Shown: positions 48,807 through 56,445 of the stretch, piece by piece
Numbering within the stretch: the first letter of the stretch is position 1
How the letters are laid out: each line of letters opens with the position of its first letter
Assembly: GCA_963749085.1 (NCBI GenBank)
Contig: CAVVLG010000002.1
Span: 293,033 to 357,032, forward strand
Direction of reading: 5' to 3'
DNA: 64,000 nt
From: Candidatus Adlerbacteria bacterium
Lineage (GTDB): Bacteria > Patescibacteriota > Minisyncoccia > Phycocordibacterales > SBAW01
The notes under the pieces: generated by a model
Seen by the model: the letters and a program-made list of their open reading frames with translations, nothing else
The model's database searches: none
Told to the model about the DNA's origin: nothing
Program-made: the position numbers and the translations under genes

Positions 48807-49373
48807 ATGATCCTATCGATAACAGGCCCCTCCGGCGTCGGCAAGACCACCTTGCTTCATAATCTGCTCCACGCACTCCCAAATGCGCAACCGCTCAGGA
48901 GCTATACGACGCGCGCGGCGCGAGTGAGCGACGAGCCCGGCGAGTATGTCTATATCAGTACTGAAGGATTCGATATACTAGCACACAACGGGGCCTTTCT
49001 GTGGGAGGCCCGCACCTACGTCAATCGCTACGGCACAAAAAAAGAAGATGTAGACCACGCTCTTGAGGGCGGCGTCTATCTTCCGGTCTTGGTCATTGAT
49101 GCGGTTAAAACACTTCATATGTACGCGAAAGAAGCGGACAAAGAAAGTGCTGTGCGCTCGATATATGTCTACCTCGACGATGAGCAGGAGCTGTACCGAC
49201 GGCTGAAAGAGCGGGGCGACCGCGAAGAGGAAATACAGGTGCGCATTGCCGAGTGCAGGCTCTGGAATAAGGAGGCCCGCGCAAGCGGCATACCCTTTAT
49301 ATATCTTGCCGCCACCCAGCGAAAAGAAGAAATTTCAGCGGATGCGCTGCGCGTTATTCACACTGACGACTAG
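48807..49373 (+). CDS. gmk: guanylate kinase
   Basis: GPSGVGKTT (P-loop), YTTRAAR, YVNRYGT. Confidence 0.7.
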   Translation: MILSITGPSGVGKTTLLHNLLHALPNAQPLRSYTTRAARVSDEPGEYVYISTEGFDILAHNGAFLWEARTYVNRYGTKKEDVDHALEGGVYLPVLVIDAVKTLHMYAKEADKESAVRSIYVYLDDEQELYRRLKERGDREEEIQVRIAECRLWNKEARASGIPFIYLAATQRKEEISADALRVIHTDD

Positions 49374-50221
49374 AACCAATCTCAAAAATACCGTTGTAGA
49401 CTAAAGGCACAGGGCGTTACCCGTAATTTGCCTGCCCATGCCTCTCACCAACGAGCAGTGGAGCGTCATCGCTCCGTTTGTCACACCCCTCAAGCGTTTG
49501 GAAACCCGCGGCCGTCCCCGGCAGGACGACCGCAAGATACTGGAAGGTATCCTCTGGGCACTGAAGACCGGCGCCCAGTGGAAGCACCTGCCGAAAGACT
49601 ACCCGCCCTACCAGACCTGCCATCGCAGGTTCCAGCAGTGGGTGGAGAGCGGCGCCTTTGACCGCATCGTCGAAGCCCTGGCCATGGACATGGAATACCG
49701 GGGGCGCATCAAGCTCAGGAGCTGCTTTCTCGATGCCACCTTCGCGGGGGCAAAAAAGGGGGTCTTGGCGTGGGACCCACGAAGCGTGGGAAAGGCACCA
49801 AGATCATGGCGATTGCGGACGAAGGCTCTCTTCCAGTCGCCGTCTATGTGGCCTCTGCTTCTCCGAGCGAAGTCCGGTTGGTTGAAGACACGCTTGCCCG
49901 GCGATTTACCCGACAGAATCCGCTTCGCCTCACGGCTGACCGAGCATATGATTCCGATCCGCTGGATGGAACGCTCCTGAACAAATACCGCATCAAACTC
50001 ATTTCACCGCATCGCAGAGGCCGGGTGCGCAGAGCAACACAGGACGGCAGGGCGCTGCGCTCCTACAAGCGCCGGTGGAAGATTGAGCGGCTGTTCGCGT
50101 GGATGCACAACTGGAGAAAGCTCGTGACTCGCTACGAATACAAACTGCAGAACTTTGCCGCCTTCGTGAAGCTCGCGTGCATCATGCTATTACTCAAACA
50201 TTATTTTTGAGACTGGTTCTA
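49371..50221 (+). mobile_element. IS5-family (IS427-group-like) insertion sequence, ~850 bp
   Basis: Terminal IRs TAGAACCAATCTCAAAAATA (49371-49390) and TATTTTTGAGACTGGTTCTA (50202-50221), 19/20 matching. Flanking TA. The left end supplies the TAG stop of gmk. Confidence 0.75.
49438..50210 (+). CDS. IS5-family transposase OrfAB (programmed -1 frameshift at A-AAA-AAG, 49752-49758)
   Basis: OrfA carries a DUF4096-like HTH (LKTGAQWKHLP). OrfB carries DDE (DRAYDS...RWKIERLFAWM). The slippery heptamer lies in the orfA phase exactly where the frames overlap. Confidence 0.75.
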
Positions 50222-50393
50222 GGGGACTTGCGTCTGCGCTTCCATCTCGGCAGCCAGTGTGTTGGCAATCGGGTTATCTCCGTATGCGACGTGCCACACG
50301 ATGAGGGCGGCACCCAAGGCAAAAGAACCGACGAATAGAATCCCGACGAATGCGTTGACCTTGGATTTCCAAATACTTCCTTCCACAGCGGTA

Positions 50394-51512
50394 TTATCGC
50401 ACGGCACGATAGCCTCCCGGAACGCCGTGCTTTGAGAGGACGAGGTGCCAGAGTTGGTTGTGACGGACGCGAAAAGTCGCGGCGGAGATCTGCAGATACA
50501 GGCGCCACATGCGGTAAAAACGCTCGCTGTATTGATCCTGTATCTCAGGCCATCGCTTCTCGAAATTGGCGCACCAACTCAGAAGCGTGAGGTCATAATC
50601 GGGACCGAAATTGTGCCAGTCTTCCATGACGAGAAGATTATCGATTGCCTCGCCAATATAGGCTACTGAGGGCAAGACGCCACCGGGGAAAATGTATTTG
50701 TCTATCCACGGATCGGTCGCAATGGCGCTTTTGGTAGTGCCTATAGTGTGAAGCAAGAAGAGACCCTCGTCTTTGAGAAGCGTATATACCTTCTCCATAT
50801 ACGTGCGGTAATTTTTTGGACCCACGTGCTCGAACATGCCGATGCTTACGATATGATCGAATTGACCGGTGGTATCCCGATAATCCTCGAGTTTAATTTC
50901 AATCGGCAATCCCGCGCAACGCTCGCGCGCCAGCGCTGCCTGCTCTTTTGAAATAGTGGTGCCGGTCACGTGCACCCCATAGTGTTCTGCCGCAAACTTC
51001 GCGAAACTCCCCCAGCCGCAACCGATATCGAGAAGGGTTTGTCCCGCTTTGAGATTGAGTTTGCGGCAGATGAGCCTGAGCTTGGCCTCCTGCGCCTCTT
51101 CAAGGTCGCGAGCCGGTGGCGTGCCGCTCCAATAGCCGCAGCTGTAGACCATACGCTTGTCGAGCATGCGCTTGTAGAGGTCGTTGCCGACATCATAGTG
51201 CTGCTTCGCAACTCTCCCCGCGCGATCCTTATTCTGCTGATTGAGAATCCACGCACGCGCGACGTACCACAGCGTCCCTATCGATCTGACTTCTTGGTCG
51301 AGCCGCGCGCTGAACACCTTAAAAAAGAACGCGGGCATGTCCTCCACGTCCCACCAGCCGTCCATGTAGCTCTCCCCAACCCCGAGCGAACCCGAGGAAA
51401 AAACCCGGTCATAGAGGCGCTCGTCGTGCACCTGAATATCCCAGCGATGTGGGCCATTGAGCGTGATGCCGGCATGGGCGAGCAAGTGCGTGGCTCTCTC
51501 TTTGGACGTCAT
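50394..51512 (-). CDS. cfa: cyclopropane-fatty-acyl-phospholipid synthase family SAM methyltransferase
   Basis: HYDVGNDLYKRMLD...YSCGYW, LLDIGCGWG. Confidence 0.8.
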   Translation of the reverse strand: MTSKERATHLLAHAGITLNGPHRWDIQVHDERLYDRVFSSGSLGVGESYMDGWWDVEDMPAFFFKVFSARLDQEVRSIGTLWYVARAWILNQQNKDRAGRVAKQHYDVGNDLYKRMLDKRMVYSCGYWSGTPPARDLEEAQEAKLRLICRKLNLKAGQTLLDIGCGWGSFAKFAAEHYGVHVTGTTISKEQAALARERCAGLPIEIKLEDYRDTTGQFDHIVSIGMFEHVGPKNYRTYMEKVYTLLKDEGLFLLHTIGTTKSAIATDPWIDKYIFPGGVLPSVAYIGEAIDNLLVMEDWHNFGPDYDLTLLSWCANFEKRWPEIQDQYSERFYRMWRLYLQISAATFRVRHNQLWHLVLSKHGVPGGYRAVR

Positions 51513-51529
51513 ACGGGCACCCTACGGCG

Positions 51530-52528
51530 TTATGTCTTTCGGGTCAATGCCTTTTTGATGGCTTTTTCAATATGGGGAGCGGCCAGACCGTAGTGCTCCA
51601 GTAACTCCCCCGGCTCTCCACTTTGGCCGAAAAGATCGCGCACGCCGACAAATTCAATAGGCACCGGACACTCCGAGGAGAGGAGCTCCGCGATGGCGCT
51701 GCCCATACCGCCCATGATTTGATGCTCCTCCACCGTTACCACAGCACCCGCTTCTTTCGCCGCGGCCACAACGGTCTCCCTGTCGAGCGGTTTAATAGTG
51801 TGTACGTTAATAACCGTCACCGCCACTTCTTGCTCCACATGCCTTGCCGCCGTGAGCGCATGAAAGAGCAAAGGCCCGGTAGCAAAAACGACCACCTCCG
51901 AGCGTCTAGAACCTATCGGTCCTCCGAAAAATAGTTCCGCTCTACCGAGTTGATAGGGCGTTTCGGAAGTGGTCATGAGCGGCGTATTGGCCCGCGCGAG
52001 GCGGATATACACGGGACCCGGCGTATGCGCCGCGGCAATCGTTGCCTTGCGCGCCTCCTCGACGTCGCACGGGGAGAGCACTGTCATATTGGGCTGCACG
52101 CGCATGAGGGCCATATCTTCAAGCGCCTGATGGGTTGCACCGTCGGGTCCGACCGAGAGCCCCGCGTGGGAGCCGGCAATTTTGACCGGCACATTATTCA
52201 ATGAGATCGTCGTCCGAATCTGTTCGTTATTGCGGCCGGGGCTGAACGTCGCATAGGAGGTTATAAACGGTATCTTGCCGTAGTTGGCGAGGCCCGAACC
52301 TATGGTCGCCAAGTTCTGCTCCGCGACGCCAAGCTCGATGTAGCGCTCGGGATATTTCTCTTTAAATGGGAGCACTCGCGTACTTTCGGCTAAATCGGCG
52401 CACAACACGACTACCTCCGGATTCGTTTCTCCTAATTCAAGAAGTCCCTTCCCGAACCCGTCTCGAGTGGGCGCCTGCTCGCTACCTTCAAAAAGGCCTT
52501 CTCTCAAGTGTGCCTCGGGATGCAACAT
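51530..52528 (-). CDS. transketolase, C-terminal (pyrimidine-binding) subunit
   Basis: ELGVAEQN. Split-tkt arrangement. Confidence 0.85.
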   Translation of the reverse strand: MLHPEAHLREGLFEGSEQAPTRDGFGKGLLELGETNPEVVVLCADLAESTRVLPFKEKYPERYIELGVAEQNLATIGSGLANYGKIPFITSYATFSPGRNNEQIRTTISLNNVPVKIAGSHAGLSVGPDGATHQALEDMALMRVQPNMTVLSPCDVEEARKATIAAAHTPGPVYIRLARANTPLMTTSETPYQLGRAELFFGGPIGSRRSEVVVFATGPLLFHALTAARHVEQEVAVTVINVHTIKPLDRETVVAAAKEAGAVVTVEEHQIMGGMGSAIAELLSSECPVPIEFVGVRDLFGQSGEPGELLEHYGLAAPHIEKAIKKALTRKT

Positions 52529-52529
52529 A

Positions 52530-53387
52530 TTATTGGTGCTCGCTTTCTATTTTGCCTTTGAGTGTGCGGAGTTCAGCCAAGAATTTTGGTGCATCTTTTT
52601 GCAGCTCAGGCTTATAGGAGTGCCAGGTAAAATCGAACTCTATCTCCTTGATGCCTTTGCCGGGGATGGTGTGCGCGATGATGACGGTCGGCTTCTCGAA
52701 AATCGCTTTCGCTTCATCGATGACGTCGATAAACGCGGCGATGTTGTTGCCGTCGCACTCAAGCACGTGCCAGCCGAACGCTTCGTACTTCGCACGCAGG
52801 TTCTCAAGCGGCATCACGTTCTCGGTCATGCCGTTTATTTGAATATTATTGCGGTCGATGATTGCCGTAAGATTGTGAAGTTTGTTAGTGCCGGCGAACA
52901 TTGCCGACTCCCAGGTGTTGCCCGCGTCGTGCTCGCCGTCGGAAAGGCAGCAATAGACTCTGAACTTCTTGCCATCCATGCGCGCCCCGTAGGCGTACCC
53001 AGAAGCCTGCCCGAGCCCCGAACCTAAGGGCCCCGAGGTGGTCTCAAGCCCTGGCAAGCGCAGCCGCTCGGGATGGCCCTGGAGGCGCGAGCCGAATTTG
53101 CGCAGCGTCAAACATTCCTCCACGGGAAAATAGCCGGCGTGGGCCATCGCGGCATAGCGCACGGGCACAATGTGGCCGTTGCTGAGTATCAATCGGTCGC
53201 GCTCATCCCAGGCAGGATTTTTGGGATTGTGAGTGAGGATATGAAAATAGAAAGTGGCGAAGATGTCGGCCATGCCCAGGGGACCGGCGGTGTGGCCGCT
53301 TCCGGCCGCCACCAGCATTTCAATGATGGTCTCGCGGATAGCCTCGGCCTTCAGTTCAAGCTCATTTATTTTTTCTTCGGTTAACAT
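52530..53387 (-). CDS. transketolase, N-terminal (TPP-binding) subunit
   Basis: GSGHTAGPLGMADI, GHPE, GPLGSGLG. Confidence 0.85.
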   Translation of the reverse strand: MLTEEKINELELKAEAIRETIIEMLVAAGSGHTAGPLGMADIFATFYFHILTHNPKNPAWDERDRLILSNGHIVPVRYAAMAHAGYFPVEECLTLRKFGSRLQGHPERLRLPGLETTSGPLGSGLGQASGYAYGARMDGKKFRVYCCLSDGEHDAGNTWESAMFAGTNKLHNLTAIIDRNNIQINGMTENVMPLENLRAKYEAFGWHVLECDGNNIAAFIDVIDEAKAIFEKPTVIIAHTIPGKGIKEIEFDFTWHSYKPELQKDAPKFLAELRTLKGKIESEHQ

Positions 53388-53491
53388 ACTCGATGTGAGA
53401 AATTCATTAACGCTTACGCTGACGGTATTCGACTATCACTATAGTATACTGTATGGCACGACCACTAAGGACCTGAAAAAAGCTAGGAGCC

Positions 53492-53521
53492 CTCGTCGAG
53501 CAAAAGATGCTCGAGTTTTTT
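53492..53521 (+). terminator. plus-strand rho-independent terminator in the tkt-hicB gap
   Basis: CTCG-TCGAGCA-AAAGA-TGCTCGA-GTTTTTTGG. There is no annotated plus-strand gene upstream. Confidence 0.4.
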
Positions 53522-53609
53522 GGTGATCCCGATTCCGACCTTGAGCTAAAAGAGGGGTCGTGACTGAACTTCAGAAGCGTATGAAAAAAAAGCAGAAGTT
53601 CATCCCTCA

Positions 53610-53690
53610 GTTCTTTTCTATATTCCGTTTGCCTCTGCTGTCAGTTTTTCTATCTCGGCTTTCGAGTCATCAGCGCCAAAAATAGCGAGG
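53610..53690 (-). pseudogene. degenerate duplicate of the rpe 3' terminus (encodes ...AIFGADDSKAEIEKLTAEANGI*)
   Basis: ~86% nucleotide identity (48/56 in the core) to 54236-54300, the real rpe end (...AIFDADDPKAEMEKLTAEANRV*). Confidence 0.6.
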
Positions 53691-53747
53691 AAAAACAGAG
53701 TATCACCGTGCTGTGCTTCCAGCCCGAAAAATGCTACAGTAAAAACT

Positions 53748-53978
53748 ATGAAGAATATCATCCAATATCGCATCTTCAAAGGCGACAAGTACTATGTGGC
53801 CGAGGGCATTGATTTGCCGGTGGTAACGCAAGGAAAGACCCTCGATGAGTTGGCGAAGAATATCCAAGAAGCCACAGAGTTGTGCCTTAAAGGGGAAGAC
53901 CCGGCAGATTTCGGACTCTCTCCCGAGCCTTCCGTGCTCGTCAATATCGAATTGCCGCGTACTCAGGCTCATGCCTAA
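53748..53978 (+). CDS. hicB: HicB-family antitoxin (short, no DNA-binding domain)
   Basis: YRIFKGDKYYVAEGIDLPVVTQGKTLDELAKNIQEATELCL (UPF0150/HicB_lk fold). Confidence 0.65.
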   Translation: MKNIIQYRIFKGDKYYVAEGIDLPVVTQGKTLDELAKNIQEATELCLKGEDPADFGLSPEPSVLVNIELPRTQAHA

Positions 53979-54213
53979 ACCGATATCGCTCAGTGGCCGC
54001 GACGTCGTCCACATTTTCGAGACATTCGGCTTTGCCATCGTCAGTCAAAAAGGGAGCCACATAAAGTTGAGACGCATGCCTAAAGAGGGTTTGCGGGAGA
54101 CACTTACCGTGCCGGATCACAAAGAACTCGACCGTGGTACGGTCGTGTCGCTCTTCCGGCAGGGTTGTCGCTACATTCCGCAAGAAGAGTTGCGGAAATA
54201 TTTCTATCGCTAA
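53971..54213 (+). CDS. hicA: HicA-family toxin (mRNA interferase)
   Basis: GFAIVSQKGSHIKLRR...TLTVPDHKELDRGTVVSLFRQ. ATGCCTAA overlap with hicB. Confidence 0.7.
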   Translation: MPKPISLSGRDVVHIFETFGFAIVSQKGSHIKLRRMPKEGLRETLTVPDHKELDRGTVVSLFRQGCRYIPQEELRKYFYR

Positions 54214-54230
54214 TGTAGGAGTCGTTTGTG

Positions 54231-54932
54231 TTATACCCTGTTCGCTTCTGCCGTCAATTTTTCCATTTCGGCTTTCGGGTCGTCAGCGTCGAAAATAGCA
54301 TGGCCGACAATAAGCCGGGTGGCGCCTGCTTTCACCAGCGCATGTGCATTGTCTATGCCGACCGCACCGTCCACTTGAATCTGCAGGTTCGGATACCTGC
54401 GACGAAGACGCTCCACTAAGTAGAGCGCGCGTTTGTTGAACGCCTCGCCTTGAAATCCCACTCGATCGATGCCCATGACCTGCACGAAGTCGAAGATCGC
54501 GTCAAACTGCTCCAACACGTCCGGCTGCATATCCGGCATGAGTGCCAAACCGGTTGTGACGGTGAACGCGCCCTGGTCATCCTCGCGCACATCAGCCAAT
54601 AGTTGTAGAGCCTCAACTGCGCCCGGAGCCTTCGCGTGCACAATGATGCGCGATGCGCCCGCATGGACGAAGTCCATGACGCGCTCATGTGGATTGTCTA
54701 TCATAAGATCGAATTCAAACTCGAACTCATCCCAAAAAGGGAGGCCTTGCTCCTCCTTTACTATGGTGTCAAACGTCGAGCGATCCCTGTAGGGCCAGGT
54801 GCGGTTGCGCGCAAAGCGGCCGTCGACAACATCGACCTGCGCCAATGTCGAGGCTCCCCGGACACGCCCGAGATGTTCCTCAAGATCTTTGAAGCTCTTC
54901 GGCAGCACCGCGGGAATTATCTCGACAGACAT
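54231..54932 (-). CDS. rpe: ribulose-phosphate 3-epimerase-like TIM-barrel protein
   Basis: VDVVDGRF, DLMIDNP, IIVHAKA, MGIDRVGFQGEAF, IQVDGAVG. It sits beside rpiB, tkt and gap in a pentose-phosphate cluster. Confidence 0.65.
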   Translation of the reverse strand: MSVEIIPAVLPKSFKDLEEHLGRVRGASTLAQVDVVDGRFARNRTWPYRDRSTFDTIVKEEQGLPFWDEFEFEFDLMIDNPHERVMDFVHAGASRIIVHAKAPGAVEALQLLADVREDDQGAFTVTTGLALMPDMQPDVLEQFDAIFDFVQVMGIDRVGFQGEAFNKRALYLVERLRRRYPNLQIQVDGAVGIDNAHALVKAGATRLIVGHAIFDADDPKAEMEKLTAEANRV

Positions 54933-54941
54933 ACCATGCTT

Positions 54942-55427
54942 TTATTGGTCCAGTTTTCTGATGCGCCGTAAGTGCCGCTCTTCGCCCGAGAAGTCGGTCG
55001 TCAGCCATTCGATGACCGCCTCTTTCGCTTCATCCTGGGTCAGGAAACGCGCAGCAAGACACAACACGTTGGCATTTTGATGCGCACGCGGAGAAAGCAA
55101 TATGCTCAATGCCTTACCCGAGGCATCAATTTGGTTCCCGCGAGCCGGCCCGTAGTATACTTCGGCGCGCACACCACGGAATCGGTTGGCTGCCATCGCC
55201 TCCCCCTGACCTGAGGCTCCGATGGCTACGCCAGAGGCATCGGTATGCTCTGCCACGGCCCGCGCCAAGGGTGCAATGGTATCGGGATAATCGTCATCTT
55301 TGGCATACACAGAAGGACCCAGATCCTCGACGTCAAACCCGCGCTCCCCCAAAAACGACTCAAGCGCTTCTTTGAGTTCAAACCCGGCATGATCGGATGC
55401 GAGAAAGACTTTTTTATACATAGGCAC
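54942..55427 (-). CDS. rpiB: ribose-5-phosphate isomerase B
   Basis: LASDHAGFELKE and the RpiB/LacAB fold. Confidence 0.85.
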   Translation of the reverse strand: MPMYKKVFLASDHAGFELKEALESFLGERGFDVEDLGPSVYAKDDDYPDTIAPLARAVAEHTDASGVAIGASGQGEAMAANRFRGVRAEVYYGPARGNQIDASGKALSILLSPRAHQNANVLCLAARFLTQDEAKEAVIEWLTTDFSGEERHLRRIRKLDQ

Positions 55428-56430
55428 CGGTTTTCTTTACATGTCTGAGCAGGGTGTAGGTGTACCCCATCTCGTTGTCGTACCACGCAAGCACCTTGAC
55501 TAGGGTACCGCCAACGACGCGCGTCATCGCGAGGTCAGCGATGGAGCCCTCGGTGCGGCCGATGATGTCGCTTGAGACAAGAGGTTCTTTAGTGACCGCA
55601 AAAATGCCCTTCCAACGCTCCAGACCCGCCGCCTCTTCTAACATGGAATTGACTTCCTCAACGGTGGTGTCTCGCTTTGATACAAAAGTAATATCAGAAA
55701 GCGACCCGGCAACGGTAGGGACGCGCATGGCGATCCCGTCGAATTTATTGACGAGCTGCTCGTACGCCTTGGTGACGGCAATAGCCGCCCCGGTTGAGTG
55801 CGGCACTATATTCTGCGCCGCCGCGCGGCCGTGACGAAAGTCGCTATCCTTGACTGGGGCGTCTACCAGAGACTGGGTGGCGGTGTAGGAGTGCGTGGTG
55901 CTTAAAATCGCCTTTTCTATTCCCAGCGCCTCGTCCAGAATCGCGATGACCGGGGAGGCCGAGTTAGTCGTGCATGAGGCATTGGAGGTTACGAGGCACG
56001 TCTGTAATTTCTCCTCGTTCACTCCTACCAAGACGGTCGCAGCGCCCTCCATCGCATCTTTGACCGGTGCGGTGATGACGACGCGCTTGGCGCCGGCGCG
56101 CAGGTGCGCGCTTGCCTTCTCGAAGCTGTCGAACACGCCGGTTGACTCGACGACTACGTCTATCCGCATATCCTTCCACGGGAGCCTCTCCGGGTCGCGT
56201 TCGCTGACGCAGTGAATCTCCTTGCCTCCCAGGATGAGGTTCCTTCCTTCTGCGCGTACGTCAAAGCGTGCTCCCCGATAGACGCTGTCATGCCGCAGCA
56301 AATAGGCAATGTTTTCAATATTGCCAACGTCATTGAACGCAACCATGTCTACGTCAGGGTCATTCCACGCCGCTCGCACAAAGCAGCGCCCAATGCGTCC
56401 CATCCCGTTTATTGCGACGCGCACCGCCAT
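55414..56430 (-). CDS. gap: glyceraldehyde-3-phosphate dehydrogenase
   Basis: INGMGRIGR, ASCTTNSASP. Confidence 0.9.
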   Translation of the reverse strand: MAVRVAINGMGRIGRCFVRAAWNDPDVDMVAFNDVGNIENIAYLLRHDSVYRGARFDVRAEGRNLILGGKEIHCVSERDPERLPWKDMRIDVVVESTGVFDSFEKASAHLRAGAKRVVITAPVKDAMEGAATVLVGVNEEKLQTCLVTSNASCTTNSASPVIAILDEALGIEKAILSTTHSYTATQSLVDAPVKDSDFRHGRAAAQNIVPHSTGAAIAVTKAYEQLVNKFDGIAMRVPTVAGSLSDITFVSKRDTTVEEVNSMLEEAAGLERWKGIFAVTKEPLVSSDIIGRTEGSIADLAMTRVVGGTLVKVLAWYDNEMGYTYTLLRHVKKTGAYV

Positions 56431-56445
56431 ACCCCCAAGTATATC

